The notes beneath the pieces were generated by a model. It had not been told where the DNA came from. It worked only from the letters and a program-made list of their open reading frames with translations, and ran no database searches. Made by a program: the position numbers and the translations under genes. A stretch of DNA of 33,582 nt from Promethearchaeota archaeon (GTDB taxonomy: Archaea; Asgardarchaeota; Lokiarchaeia; Sigyniarchaeales; SOKP01), in the NCBI GenBank assembly GCA_016930515.1, contig JAFGGO010000188.1, positions 1 to 33,582 of the forward strand, written 5' to 3'. Below are positions 17,769 through 28,719 of the stretch, one piece after another; the first letter of the stretch is position 1; each line of letters starts with the position of its first letter.

Positions 17769-19676
17769 ATGAATAAAGTAACTAGTCAATATCTCAAAGT
17801 AAATAAAATCATTTTAACCATAATAATAATACTCTTAATGTTCGTCTTTATTAACTCTTCTAATTTATTCGAAAAAAAAGCTCAATATAAACCTCCAATT
17901 GAGCAGGACGGGCTTTCAATTTCTGAGAGCGTGCTTTGGGGCCCTAACGGTCTTTTCCTTAATAATGGAACGTTATTGGGCATTTTAAATACCGATTCTA
18001 ACGAATCGATTGTTTTATGGGGGAAAAACCAACATTTATATGTTCAACTCATCAATTTGACATGTCATGCAAAATGGAATCCCAATGGCGTGTTAGTAAG
18101 TACAACGGGAAATCATTCAAATGCTCAAATGATAAGCGATGGAGAGGGAGGTGTCATTATTACGTATGAAGATTTGAGAAGCGATTGGTATGGAATATCT
18201 GCCCAACGAATTAATTCAACAGGACATGTTCGATGGGGTAAAGAGGGCATTGTTCTCAGTAACATGAATTTTCAAAAATACTATCCCGAGGTGACAAGCG
18301 ATGGCCTTGGAGGGGCAATTGTCACTTGGCAGGATTCTAAAAGCCCATCTCCCTTTTCTTCCGATATTTACGCCCAAAGGATAGATGCTGATGGAACAGT
18401 GTTATGGATACCTAACGGAACGGTCGTTTGTAACGCTACAAATAAACAAATGTCTCCTAAAATTATTAGTGATGGACACGAAGGAGCAATTATTGTCTGG
18501 CAAGATGTGCGAAACGAATGTTTCGATATTTACGCCCAAAGGATAGACACTGATGGAAATGCGTTATGGAAACCAAACGGAACGGTCGTTTGTAATGGAA
18601 CTTTCTTTCATACTGAACTACAGATGGTACCTGATGATGAAGGGGGCGCCTTGATTGCGTGGAGCGACTCTAGAGACAATTGGGATATTTACGCACAGCG
18701 ATTAAACTCCGATGGAATTGCACAATGGACGCCTAACGGAACAGCTATTTGTAATACAAGTTATAAAGAAAAAGATTCAAAAATGATTGCAGATGGTTCT
18801 GGAGGCGCTTTCTTGGTATATCACAAATATAATGGAGAAGATCACGGTAGTTACGCTCAGCGCTTCAATTCTTCTGGGTTTATTCAATGGAATCCAAATG
18901 GTTCGATCGTATGTAGCAAAGGTTGTAATCAAAAGCAATTAACCTTAGATGGTGATGGAGGCTTTCTGATAACATGGGTAGACATAAGAGATTATAGCAG
19001 TCGCAATATCTATGCTCAGAAAGTTAATTCTGATGGATATTGCATGTGGCTCGCCGATGGGACGCTGATATGCGATGCAAAAAACGATCAAACTAATCCA
19101 CAAATAATTTCAGATGGTATAGGGGGTGCTTTTATTATTTGGTCTGATCCCAGAGATTATCCTCAGGTTAAATTATACGCACAAAGAGTCCTGGTAAATA
19201 ACCGCCCCGTTGTAAATCACCCCAACGATATTACAACAACTGTTTTGGGAACTGAGACTATTGAATGGGTGCTGAACGACGATATTGGAACAGGAAAGTA
19301 CCGAGTAACGATTACAGATTCCTTGGAACATTCGTATATCCATTTATCGTGGAGAACATGGGAAAACAACACGAATCTTAATGTTCAAATTAATCGTTCA
19401 AGCGACGGAGTCTTTAATTACACGATAGAATATACTGATAATCAAGGTTTATATGGGCAACTAGATACAGTGATAGTCATCATAAATCCAAAAAACGATG
19501 ACAATATACCAATAGATGACCCAAATGATGACAGTGAAGATCCTGACGATGGAGCAGACACGGCAAATAATAATGAAACAATTCTCGGATATCAAGTATT
19601 GACGATTGGTATCATCACTGGCTTAACATTGGTTTCAATTGCTTTTGTGATTCGTAAAAAGATGAGAATCAAATAA
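17769..19676 (+). CDS. Surface propeller-like protein 3 with an extra Ig-like domain, acidic linker and Loki-CTERM-like anchor
   Basis: Repeats as above; NNRP...DTVIV beta domain; ILGY+TM+RKK. Start moved from 17637 because that stretch lies inside repeat R6. Confidence 0.85.
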   Translation: MNKVTSQYLKVNKIILTIIIILLMFVFINSSNLFEKKAQYKPPIEQDGLSISESVLWGPNGLFLNNGTLLGILNTDSNESIVLWGKNQHLYVQLINLTCHAKWNPNGVLVSTTGNHSNAQMISDGEGGVIITYEDLRSDWYGISAQRINSTGHVRWGKEGIVLSNMNFQKYYPEVTSDGLGGAIVTWQDSKSPSPFSSDIYAQRIDADGTVLWIPNGTVVCNATNKQMSPKIISDGHEGAIIVWQDVRNECFDIYAQRIDTDGNALWKPNGTVVCNGTFFHTELQMVPDDEGGALIAWSDSRDNWDIYAQRLNSDGIAQWTPNGTAICNTSYKEKDSKMIADGSGGAFLVYHKYNGEDHGSYAQRFNSSGFIQWNPNGSIVCSKGCNQKQLTLDGDGGFLITWVDIRDYSSRNIYAQKVNSDGYCMWLADGTLICDAKNDQTNPQIISDGIGGAFIIWSDPRDYPQVKLYAQRVLVNNRPVVNHPNDITTTVLGTETIEWVLNDDIGTGKYRVTITDSLEHSYIHLSWRTWENNTNLNVQINRSSDGVFNYTIEYTDNQGLYGQLDTVIVIINPKNDDNIPIDDPNDDSEDPDDGADTANNNETILGYQVLTIGIITGLTLVSIAFVIRKKMRIK

Positions 19677-19798
19677 AAGTTCTAATATTAAGCAATTATT
19701 CAATTAGATTTTTTTTAATATAATATAGAGAATTTAGTAAAGAAACACTCAGATTTATAAGTATGTAATGCATATTTGCATATATTGTTGATGATTCC

Positions 19799-19999
19799 AT
19801 GAAAGATAAGTGGTGGGATGTTAAAAAGGAAGCTGCGAGATTAAACATGAAAATTAGCGAATATATCGTTTTCTGCCACGAAATTAGAAAGAAAACCGAG
19901 ACAAAAGATAAATTATTGGAAATTTTAGAAAATCCTCTCGAGAACGGAATGAAAAACATCGATGCCATAGTTGCAAGCAAAAACATGTGGAAAACATGA
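19799..19999 (+). CDS. Antitoxin (N-terminally deleted paralog of 28720)
   Basis: Nearly identical to 28720-28950 but lacks ~15 bp covering the MRTSI start. Confidence 0.6.
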   Translation: MKDKWWDVKKEAARLNMKISEYIVFCHEIRKKTETKDKLLEILENPLENGMKNIDAIVASKNMWKT

Positions 20000-20403
20000 A
20001 AGGAATAGACTCAAACATCATAATTTACGCTTTAAATAAGGATTTACCAGAACACGAATCTTGAAGGAACCTCCTTGTAAAAGTCGCCAAGGGACTTGAA
20101 ACAATAGCCATACCTACCGTTGTTTTAATGGAGAGTTATCACGTTCTCGTAAGAGCGTACAAGTTCGCACCTTCCGAAGTAAAAAAACGCTTGGTTTCTA
20201 TCATTGAATCAGAAAACATAAACATATTAGGAGAGGGATTATCTTCGATCTTGCTGGCCTTTGATGTTGCTGAAGAATTTGATACGGGTGGGCGCGACTC
20301 GCTCATTGCTGCCTGTCTATTGGAAAACAATATAAAAGAACTTTACTCACACGACAAAGATTCTGATAAGATTAACCTCATAAAACGAATAGATCCCATA
20401 TAA
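19996..20403 (+). pseudogene. vapC: VapC PIN toxin with an in-frame TGA at 20062-20064
   Basis: MKGIDSNIIIYALNKDLPEHES*RN, versus EHEPCRV in the intact copy at 28947. Confidence 0.85.
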
Positions 20404-20442
20404 TCTTATCATGCATATACCAGCGGATATAAAACACATATT

Positions 20443-20693
20443 AAATTCCTGTTGTGTCTGCCTAATGATCTTGCGCCTTTCGACAATCCCGATGCGATTC
20501 TTCCTGAGTAAATCCTCCAATTTCTCGGTAAACTCCTCGAGCGTCAGGTTCTTGTCCATGAACGAGTCGTAGTCGAGGCTCACTGTTGTAGTACCACCTC
20601 AACCAATCTTTAGTTACACCTTGTAGTACGATCCTACCAAGGCCATTTAAATATGACATCGAGCGAACCTTTACATGTGATTGCATTTCGAAA
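20443..20693. repeat. Array repeat R7 (full)
   Basis: Aligns with R1. Confidence 0.95.
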
Positions 20694-20729
20694 TACATCT
20701 ATCTATAAAAAAATTACTTTTTATGATAA

Positions 20730-21013
20730 TTATAATGACAACATACTCGAACTATGAATTATCCTTAAGATTTGAATTTTTTCTTCAAAAATCCCGTATA
20801 TAATGCGATAATTTCCAAATATTAATTCTCTATAATTGGGATCGTTTAATTCGGGTACTTTTCTTCCCATTTTCTTGAACTGAATTAAATTTTGTACTTT
20901 TTCGCGAACTTAGTCAAAAAAGGAAAGGGGTATTCAAGAGAATCTTGAGCGATATAATCAATAATTTCATTCAAGTCGGATTCTGCGAGCGAAGACCATT
21001 CTATTTTAGCCAT
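20730..21013 (-). pseudogene. RelE/ParE toxin, frameshifted with a stop
   Basis: MAKIEWSSLAESDLNEIIDYIAQDS, frameshift near 20925, then VREKVQNLIQFKKMGRKVPELNDPNYRELIFGNYRIIY. Confidence 0.8.
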
Positions 21014-21201
21014 TTTTCTAATCTCTTTTTCGCGTTTTCCATGACTTTCTCGTGAGGAATTACATTACCCTGCTCAATTTGCTCGACTCCTGCAATAATT
21101 TTCTTTCTTACACATAAATGATACATGATATCATCAATAGACGAATCATCGGGTAATTTTTTAATGAGATCTATGATATCTTCCTTGACATTTATGGTCA
21201 T
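21001..21201 (-). CDS. Putative antitoxin of a RelE/ParE pair
   Basis: LIKKLPDDSSIDDIMYHL...KW; overlaps the toxin start. Confidence 0.75.
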   Translation of the reverse strand: MTINVKEDIIDLIKKLPDDSSIDDIMYHLCVRKKIIAGVEQIEQGNVIPHEKVMENAKKRLEKWLK

Positions 21202-21322
21202 GATACCTCATTTATAATAGTGATTTTTTCTATTAAATTTAATCTTTAATAAAAACCTTTTTTTAATCAGATATAATCCTAGGTTTTTATTACAAGAAAA
21301 TGCTTAATGAGGGAATAAACTT

Positions 21323-21573
21323 TAATTCCCACGTCTTTTGCCTCATGATCTTGCGCCGCTCGACGATCCCAATGCGGTTCTTGCGCAGTAAATCCTCGAG
21401 TTTCTGGGTAAACTCCTCGAGCGTCAGGTTCTTGTCCGTGACCGAGTCGTAGTCGATGCTCACTGTTTCGATACCACCTTAACTAAAACAATATTTTGCC
21501 TTGTAATAGCGTTCTACAAGGGTTATTTAAAAATAACATCGAGTCATCGTATATATGTGATTGCATATCGAAA
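21323..21573. repeat. Array repeat R8 (full)
   Basis: Aligns with R1. Confidence 0.95.
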
Positions 21574-21681
21574 AAAATCGAATATAAATATTGCAAAAAG
21601 TACCCCCATAGATTTAAATTCCAATTACTAATCCTTTAAATAATAAGATCATAAAATCTTCAAAACAAGGAAGAAAAGTTA

Positions 21682-23334
21682 ATGGACAAAAAAATTAATA
21701 GAAATAGAAGAACGCGTGGAACGAGACATTTTGCTTTACTCATACCTATTGTTTTAGGATTGATGTTTTTCAGTGTCGGAACTATTTCCAGCATTGATAT
21801 AATTTTTAATAAGGAAAGATATAAAATCGAAGAAACTACTGGAGTGGACCGCAAGCTCTCTGTAAGTGTTTTAGAAAGCGGCGAAGGAATTCCCATTTGC
21901 AGCGCTGATGGTTATCAATTTGATTCTCACCTAATAAGGGACGATAATGGAGGTTATATCTTTGTTTGGACTGATAATCGAAACGGGAATTATGACATAT
22001 ACTGCCAACGAGTGGATTCCGAAGGAAACTCAAATTGGGGCACCAATGGGGCACCTATTTGTACATTAGCGGAAAATCAAATGTTTCCAGAAATAGTGGG
22101 AGACATTACTGGTGGAGCCATCGTTGCGTGGCTTGACAATAGGAGCGGTAATGGTTATGAGATTTACGCTCAAAAGATTGATAGTTCGGGAAACTTGCAG
22201 TGGTCCGCAAATGGCGTCTTGCTCTCTAACAGGATTGCGTGGGCTGAAAGTCTCAAGTTGACAAGCGACAATAACGGCGGAGCCATCGCAACTTGGTCTT
22301 ACGATTTGGATGGTGTAGGATTCGACATATATGCCCAAAGGATAACGTCGGACGGACAGGTGAATTGGACGGCAAACGGCATTCCCATTTGCGATTTAAG
22401 TGGGACGCAATCTGATTCCTGCATTGTTAGCGACGATGTCGGTGGAGCTGTCATTTTTTGGGACGACTCGAGGATCGGAAATGATGGTATTTACGCCCAA
22501 CGAGTGAATTTAACAGGGCACGCGCAATGGGATTCTAACGGGACGGCCGTTTGTTCCGTTTTGAACGAGCGTGGTTGTTATCCCCGCGCTATTAACGATG
22601 GAACTGGAACGGGAAATGTCATTGTCACGTGGTGCGATTATCGAAGTGAAAATTACGATTCGTTTGCTCAAAAAATCAACTCAACGGGACACGCTCAATG
22701 GCTTCCAGAGGGCGTTCCGATTTGTACGGCTTTAACACATCGCGATCATGCATCTCCCTTAGTCGGTGACGGAGCTGGTGGTGCCATAATTGCGTGGGAC
22801 GAAAGTCGGGTTCTTGGTCTGGATTCCAGTGACCTACAACAAGTATATGCCCAGAGAATTACCTCGGACGGACAGGTGAATTGGACAACAAACGGCGTTC
22901 CCATTTGCGAAGTACCTGGGTATCAGACTTCCACGCAAGTTGCAAGCGATTATTCTGGTGGAGCCGTGATTGCTTGGGTAGACGATAGAAATAGTGATAT
23001 TGAACTTGATCACGACATTTACGCTCAAAAAATTAATATTATGGGGCACATCCAATGGGAACCTAACGGGACGGCAATCTGCCGCAAACCTGGATGGCAA
23101 GTTAGCCCGCAACTGGTTGGCGACGGTTATGGGGGTATTATTATTTCATGGATCGACCATCGTGATATTTACGCCCAACGGTTTAATTTTGATGCTAAAC
23201 GACAATGGTCTCTCTCTAGTGATTCACCAACCATTTCAGGGTTTGATTTATCGATCTTGGGTTCGTTTACCTTGATTTGTTTGCTCTCTATAAGCGTTAT
23301 TCTAATCAAAACCAAGCGTATGCGAAAAGATTAA
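21682..23334 (+). CDS. Surface propeller-like protein 4
   Basis: Eight repeats; C-terminal ISGF+TM+KTKRMRK. Confidence 0.85.
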   Translation: MDKKINRNRRTRGTRHFALLIPIVLGLMFFSVGTISSIDIIFNKERYKIEETTGVDRKLSVSVLESGEGIPICSADGYQFDSHLIRDDNGGYIFVWTDNRNGNYDIYCQRVDSEGNSNWGTNGAPICTLAENQMFPEIVGDITGGAIVAWLDNRSGNGYEIYAQKIDSSGNLQWSANGVLLSNRIAWAESLKLTSDNNGGAIATWSYDLDGVGFDIYAQRITSDGQVNWTANGIPICDLSGTQSDSCIVSDDVGGAVIFWDDSRIGNDGIYAQRVNLTGHAQWDSNGTAVCSVLNERGCYPRAINDGTGTGNVIVTWCDYRSENYDSFAQKINSTGHAQWLPEGVPICTALTHRDHASPLVGDGAGGAIIAWDESRVLGLDSSDLQQVYAQRITSDGQVNWTTNGVPICEVPGYQTSTQVASDYSGGAVIAWVDDRNSDIELDHDIYAQKINIMGHIQWEPNGTAICRKPGWQVSPQLVGDGYGGIIISWIDHRDIYAQRFNFDAKRQWSLSSDSPTISGFDLSILGSFTLICLLSISVILIKTKRMRKD

Positions 23335-23694
23335 ATTCGTTAAAATTCAAATTCTTTTTATTTTTTTTCAAATTAACAGATTTTCAAAAAAGAGATTATT
23401 TTTAATTTTTGAATTTTGATTGAAATCAGAAAATCATTAATTTAAAGTCGACAATAATTTCAAATATGTCATTTCTTTTAATGTTGAGAAAATTAAATGG
23501 TCTTTTTTTTGTACAATCCGTTTATTTTTCTTTTTTCGATAAAAAATTGCTATATTTGATTAATTTCAGTAGTTATTCAAGTTACGACATTATTTGAGGA
23601 ATGATATTCCCATTTTTCGTCGGAATTAATTTTATGATTTTTAAAATTCGATTAAGTTTGTAAATTTAAAAATGCCCTCAAACGGAGAAATCAT

Positions 23695-23767
23695 AAATCT
23701 TTGCGTTTTTTGTCTATGATCTTTCTCCGCTCGACGATTCCTATCCTGTTCTTGCGCAGCAGGTCCT
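23695..23767. repeat. Array repeat R9 (short left part)
   Basis: ATGATCTTTCTCCGCTCGACGATTCCTATCCTGTTCTTGCGCAGCAGGTCC. Confidence 0.85.
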
Positions 23768-23822
23768 TAAACGATATATTAGTGCCTTATATGTTGAGAA
23801 TTCCTTATTCAAAAAAGTATAA

Positions 23823-24257
23823 TTAGTCCCAAAACTCTACTTGAAAACTTGTATTCAGGTTATTTAACTTTTCAAAGTGTTTTTTATCAGAAGTAATGAG
23901 CTTAAAGTCGTTTAAAATGGCAATTGTTCCAATTAACAAGTCCATAATTGGAATAAGGGTTCCCTTTCTTTCGAGAGAAAGCTTGAGTTCGGCAAATTTT
24001 TTTGCTCCCTCGCGAGTTAAGGAGAATATCTTTTTGCGCTTGTCGAATTCATTAAGCATAAGATCAACTATTTTAAGTTGTTCTTTCATTCGTGCTGGAG
24101 ATTGTACTCGATTAATACCATCAAATAATTCCGCAATGTTATAAACGGTTATGCTCTTGTCTATTTGGCTTCTTGTTAATTTGTTATATTTTATGACGAT
24201 ATCTTCTCTTCCCCGTAAAAACCCTATTATTATATTAGTATCCAATAGAACAGTCAT
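23823..24257 (-). CDS. vapC: VapC PIN toxin
   Basis: VLLDTNIII...IAELFDG...PIMDLLIGTIA...LITSDKKHF. Confidence 0.9.
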   Translation of the reverse strand: MTVLLDTNIIIGFLRGREDIVIKYNKLTRSQIDKSITVYNIAELFDGINRVQSPARMKEQLKIVDLMLNEFDKRKKIFSLTREGAKKFAELKLSLERKGTLIPIMDLLIGTIAILNDFKLITSDKKHFEKLNNLNTSFQVEFWD

Positions 24258-24499
24258 TTGGTTTCCTCTGATATTAAATGACGATTCCGTTCTTCTTGAA
24301 TCGTGTCTTCTACTTCTTTCCAATATTCTTCGTCGTCTTTAAATACTCCTACATATTTTAAAAGAATGTCCTCGTTATTCTTGCTTTCTTGAGTATTGCA
24401 AAGACGAAGTATGAGATCTGAATAACTTTCCTTTTCTTTCTTGAATTTCTTTAATTTTTTATAGGCTTTTAAATTTAATGAGATGGTTTTTTGTGTCAT
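24254..24499 (-). CDS. vapB: Archaeal VapB-family antitoxin
   Basis: KTISLN..AYKKL...KESYSDLILRL; ATGA overlap with vapC. Confidence 0.85.
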   Translation of the reverse strand: MTQKTISLNLKAYKKLKKFKKEKESYSDLILRLCNTQESKNNEDILLKYVGVFKDDEEYWKEVEDTIQEERNRHLISEETK

Positions 24500-24526
24500 A
24501 TGATTATTATTAAGCTAAGATTATAT

Positions 24527-24542
24527 AAATAGATATCTATTT
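24527..24542. promoter_or_regulatory. Palindrome AAATAGATATCTATTT, putative vapBC operator
   Basis: Perfect 16-bp palindrome ~30 bp upstream of vapB. Confidence 0.55.
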
Positions 24543-24596
24543 AGATCTATTTACTTTCATTATATGATTCTCAAAAATTATTAAATTCGATATAAT

Positions 24597-24850
24597 AAAT
24601 TCCTGCTGTTTCTGCCTGATGATTTTCCTTCTTTCGACGATTCCGATGCGGTTTTTGCGGAGTAGATCTTACAATTTCTCGGTAAACTCCTCGAGCGTCA
24701 GGTTCTTGGTTGTCCGTGACCGAGTCGTGGTCGATGCTCACTTGATTACACCACCTCAACCAATCTTTAGTTAAGCCTTATAATGCTATTTTGCAATGGC
24801 TTTTTAAATACGATATCGAGTTAACCTATATATGTGATTGCATTTCCAAA
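24597..24850. repeat. Array repeat R10 (full; 4-bp insertion variant)
   Basis: Aligns with R1. Confidence 0.95.
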
Positions 24851-24951
24851 AAGAAATTATCATAGTACAAAATAAACGATAAAATATAAATAAAAAGCGC
24901 GATAATATAAAAAGGATTAAATTTAAGACAAAAAAACCAAGAGATATAGGA

Positions 24952-26859
24952 ATGAACAAAATAGAAAGAAAGTTCCAGAGAAAAAAGATCAAGAGATTAA
25001 AAGGAAAACAAATAAAAACAGGAATTTTATTAATTTTATTTCTTGTATTTCCATTAATAATGACTATTAATCTAGTGCTTGAAATTAATTTCATTGATTC
25101 AGAGAAAATTGAAAACCTTTATCTGAAAAATTCTTTAAGCGTAGCATGGGAAGACGATGGTACATTAATCCATTCTACGACGGAAATTATCTATGATTAC
25201 CAAATGATAACTGATGGTGAAGGTGGTGTGATCATCTCTTGGGCTGACGATAGGAGTAGTGATATCGATATTTATGCTCAAAAGATCAATTCTGAGGGTC
25301 AAATACAATGGGAAGCAAACGGTACGGTCGTGTGTAATGTATCGGGAATTCAATTCAAACCACAAATAGTTAGTGACGGTGAAGGCGGTGCAATAGTGAT
25401 CTGGGAACATTGGGGCACATATTATAAGGATCTTTACGCTCAAAGAATCAATTCCATTGGACAACTTCAATGGAACATTAATGGGGTTCCGATTTGCACT
25501 GCGTATAACAACCAAAGGAATCATCAAGTCATTAGCAATGGCCAAGGTGGTGCAATCATTGTCTGGGAGGACGAAAGAACAGGGGATTATAATTACGACA
25601 TTTACGCTCAATGCATAAATTCGACGGGTTATTTACAATGGATCTCTGATTGTGCTGTTTGTACCTCAGAAAACATACAAAAAAACCCATGCTTATCTTG
25701 CGATGGCGAAGGTGGTGCCGTGATTGTTTGGCAAGATAATCGGAGCCAGAACGGATTTGACATTTACGCACAACGGATAAATCTTGAAGGACTTGCTCAA
25801 TGGATTCCAAACGGAGTCGTTATTTGCAGCGATTTAGGAACGCAAGGAGAAATTCAAATCACCAATATTAGCTCGGAAGGCGTTGCGATCGCGTGGAGCG
25901 ACGATAGAAACGGAAACCTTGATATATACGCACAATTCGTTAACATGTCTGGAATCTCACAATGGTCCGAAAACGGCACGATTGTTTGTAACGCGCAAGA
26001 AGATCAAATTTCTCCACAAATCTGTAGTGATGGTTCTGGGGGCGCAATTATGACTTGGGAAGATTATAGAACTCCCTACGATGCTTACGAGTGGAGCAAC
26101 ATTTACGCCCAGAAAATGGATTCTAATGGCAACGCGCAATGGACTCCGAACGGTTTTACCGTATGTAATAACATTATGCCTCAATTACGCCCCAAGATCG
26201 TTAGCGACGGCTCTGGAGGCGCAATTATAGCTTGGGAAGATATGAGACGCGGAACTCACGCTATTTACGCCCAGTGGGTAAATTCATCAGGTTATTCAAA
26301 ATGGGTCAGTAACGGCACGAATATATGTGGAACATATACCATTCAATATAATATACAACTTGTTAGCGACGGTTCTGGTGGGGCGATCATAGCGTTGCAG
26401 GGAGCAGAAGATGCTTGGAGTTACTTCATTGCTCAACGGAAACGACCAAACGACGCTCCTTCAGTTAAAATCCATCCCGAAGATTTCATCGTTTCCACTA
26501 AATACCCCAGTACGATTATTTGGTCTTTAACCGATGATTCTGGTTTAGGAGAATATCGAGTGATCGCAAATGACTCTTCGGGAAATTATAACACGAAAGT
26601 AGACTGGACTATTTGGAGGAACGATGAGTATCTCTACGTTTATCCCGAAAATTTAGCTTTAGGCGTTTTTAATTTTACGATAGAATATCGCGACAATGAT
26701 GGAGAGTTTGGTCAACCAGACACGGTTATAATAACAGTAACTTACAATGTTACAAGACCGATACCTGGATATGATTCGACGATCACTATTTTTGTATTAA
26801 TTATTTCAGTTTTATCAATTGTTATCATATTCATTCAAAAAGAACAACTCAAGTATTAG
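24952..26859 (+). CDS. Surface propeller-like protein 5 with an Ig-like domain and Loki-CTERM-like anchor
   Basis: Repeats; NDAP...DTVII domain homologous to that of protein 3; IPGY+TM. Confidence 0.85.
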   Translation: MNKIERKFQRKKIKRLKGKQIKTGILLILFLVFPLIMTINLVLEINFIDSEKIENLYLKNSLSVAWEDDGTLIHSTTEIIYDYQMITDGEGGVIISWADDRSSDIDIYAQKINSEGQIQWEANGTVVCNVSGIQFKPQIVSDGEGGAIVIWEHWGTYYKDLYAQRINSIGQLQWNINGVPICTAYNNQRNHQVISNGQGGAIIVWEDERTGDYNYDIYAQCINSTGYLQWISDCAVCTSENIQKNPCLSCDGEGGAVIVWQDNRSQNGFDIYAQRINLEGLAQWIPNGVVICSDLGTQGEIQITNISSEGVAIAWSDDRNGNLDIYAQFVNMSGISQWSENGTIVCNAQEDQISPQICSDGSGGAIMTWEDYRTPYDAYEWSNIYAQKMDSNGNAQWTPNGFTVCNNIMPQLRPKIVSDGSGGAIIAWEDMRRGTHAIYAQWVNSSGYSKWVSNGTNICGTYTIQYNIQLVSDGSGGAIIALQGAEDAWSYFIAQRKRPNDAPSVKIHPEDFIVSTKYPSTIIWSLTDDSGLGEYRVIANDSSGNYNTKVDWTIWRNDEYLYVYPENLALGVFNFTIEYRDNDGEFGQPDTVIITVTYNVTRPIPGYDSTITIFVLIISVLSIVIIFIQKEQLKY

Positions 26860-26916
26860 TGATGAGAAGAATCATTGCGATCTTTTTTTTTTCTTACTAT
26901 TTTTTGGTTAAGGATT

Positions 26917-27001
26917 AATTTCTGAGTCTTTTGCTTTATGATCTTTCTCCGCTCGACGATCTCTATCCTGTCTTTCCTCAGTAAATCCTCGGGCTTTTCG
27001 G
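26917..27001. repeat. Array repeat R11 (left part only)
   Basis: AATTTCTGAGTCTTTTGC...GTAAATCCTCGGGCTTTTCGG. Confidence 0.85.
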
Positions 27002-27030
27002 AAAAAGAGTTTGAACTTTTTCAGAAAAAG

Positions 27031-27315
27031 TTAAAATCTAACAATTCTACTTCCGTGAACGACAATTAAAATTTCGATAAATTCTTTCCCAATTTCGTAT
27101 ACAATTCTATAATCCTTATGAAAGAATTCTCTTAGCGTTTCTTCATTTTTATCTGGAAACTTGCGTCCCATATATGGAAAGTCTTTTAGTTGTTCTATTT
27201 TTTTAAATATTTCTTTAACAAAATTCTTTGCTCTCTTGGGTGAATCTTTTGAAATATAGGACGAAATATTCTCAAGATCTTCCAAGGCACCGGTTGAAAA
27301 TCTCACTCCAACCAT
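27031..27315 (-). CDS. RelE/ParE family toxin
   Basis: ALEDLENISSYISKDSP...FPYMGR...YRIVYEI...VHGSR. Confidence 0.9.
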   Translation of the reverse strand: MVGVRFSTGALEDLENISSYISKDSPKRAKNFVKEIFKKIEQLKDFPYMGRKFPDKNEETLREFFHKDYRIVYEIGKEFIEILIVVHGSRIVRF

Positions 27316-27488
27316 TTTTTCATCCGATCCTTGGCATTTTCAAGGGAGATATGCTGTCCGCTTTCAATTTGTTGTCGTGCTCTATCGATTTTATCGTTAA
27401 GGTATAGTTTATAAGCTATTTCTTCGATACTTAAATCTTCTGGTAATTCCCGAATAAAATCTATCGCAATTTCTTTTGTTGAAGGCAT
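27303..27488 (-). CDS. Putative antitoxin
   Basis: FIRELPEDLSIEEIAYKLY...KW. Confidence 0.75.
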   Translation of the reverse strand: MPSTKEIAIDFIRELPEDLSIEEIAYKLYLNDKIDRARQQIESGQHISLENAKDRMKKWLE

Positions 27489-27637
27489 GTGATTTACAAG
27501 GTAGTTTAATAATTAAAATTTTACTCGTTTTTATCAGATTCTTACAATCTTTCTTATAAATTTAGATAATTTAATAAAAAAGGAAATAAAAAATCAGAAA
27601 TTTTTGTTTAAAGGGGGCTGTAATTGAAGCAAATCTA

Positions 27638-27736
27638 GAGTTTCTGCGCTTTCTGGCGCACGATCTTTCTCCGCTCGACGATCCCTATCCTGTCTTTCCT
27701 CAGTAAATCCTCCAATTTCTCGGTATACTCTTCGAG
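27638..27736. repeat. Array repeat R12 (left part only)
   Basis: ...GATCTTTCTCCGCTCGACGATCCC...TACTCTTCGAG, then homology stops. Confidence 0.85.
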
Positions 27737-27751
27737 TAATGTTTATCCTAT

Positions 27752-28036
27752 TTATAATCTCAGCAAACGACTTCCGTGAAAAACCGAGATAATTTCAACA
27801 AGATCGTCCACGATTCGATATATAATTCTATAGTTTTGAAATAATAATTCGCGAATAAGAGCGTTGTTAAGTTCTGGTACGATCCTTCCAATTTTTGGAA
27901 ATTCTACTAGTTTTTGAACCGAATCGTATAACTTATTGATAAAAATTTTCGCATACGCTGCTGAATCGCGTGCGATGTAATCCTTGATCTCACTTAAATC
28001 TTCAATGGAACGATCTGTCCATTCTAATCAAACCAT
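27752..28036 (-). pseudogene. RelE/ParE toxin with TGA at codon 3 (absent from the ORF track)
   Basis: MV*LEWTDRSIEDLSEIKDYIARDS...FPKIGRIVPEL...NYRIIYR...FHGSRLLRL. Confidence 0.85.
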
Positions 28037-28209
28037 TTTTCGATTACTTCTTTGGCTTTTTCGTTCGATACTTTCTTTCCCTCGTCTGCGTCTTTTAAAC
28101 CACGAAGTATTTTTTCTCTAGCGTATAAATGATACATGATGTCTTCTACGGAAACATCATCGGGAAGATCCTTTATCATTTGAATAATATTTTCTTTTTC
28201 TGTTGCCAT
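28024..28209 (-). CDS. Putative antitoxin
   Basis: MATEKENIIQMIKDLPDDVSVEDIMYHLY...KWFD. Confidence 0.75.
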   Translation of the reverse strand: MATEKENIIQMIKDLPDDVSVEDIMYHLYAREKILRGLKDADEGKKVSNEKAKEVIEKWFD

Positions 28210-28355
28210 GATACAGTCCTCAAGTAAAATATCAAAATCAAATATAATAAACCTATTGATTTTATATATTATAAAATTCATGTATGAAAAGTCATGCTTC
28301 CTCTTTCAATAAATATGGGAAAAATAAAGCCCATTGCAAAAAATTCAAGAGAAAT

Positions 28356-28609
28356 AAATTCTTGCTGTTTCTGGCGTATGATCTTTCTCCGCTCGACCAT
28401 CCCTATCCTGTTCTTTCGCAGCAAATCCTCCAATTTCTCGGTAAACTCCTTGAGCGTCAGGTTCTTGGTTGTCCGTGACCGAGTCGTAGTCGATGCTCAC
28501 TTGATATAACTACCTCAACCAATCTTTAGTAACGCCTTGTAGTACCATCCTACCAAGGCTATTTAAAAAGAATATCGGGTTAACCTATATATGTGATTGC
28601 ATTTCGAAA
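28356..28609. repeat. Array repeat R13 (full; 4-bp insertion variant)
   Basis: Aligns with R1. Confidence 0.95.
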
Positions 28610-28697
28610 AGAAGAGAAATAAAGGAGTTTTTCAAGATCCTTTCTAAACGATCAATAAACATGGAGAACTTGGTAAAGAAACGCTTAGATTTATAAG

Positions 28698-28718
28698 TAT
28701 GCAATGCATATTTGCATA
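28698..28718. promoter_or_regulatory. Inverted repeat TATGCAA-N7-TTGCATA, putative TA operator
   Basis: Lies between a TTTATAA TATA-like box and the antitoxin ATG. Confidence 0.5.
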
Positions 28719-28719
28719 T

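Noticed and set aside
23335-23690. Possible decayed gene in the AT-rich gap
   Set aside because: Multiple stops in the frames I read and no recognisable motif
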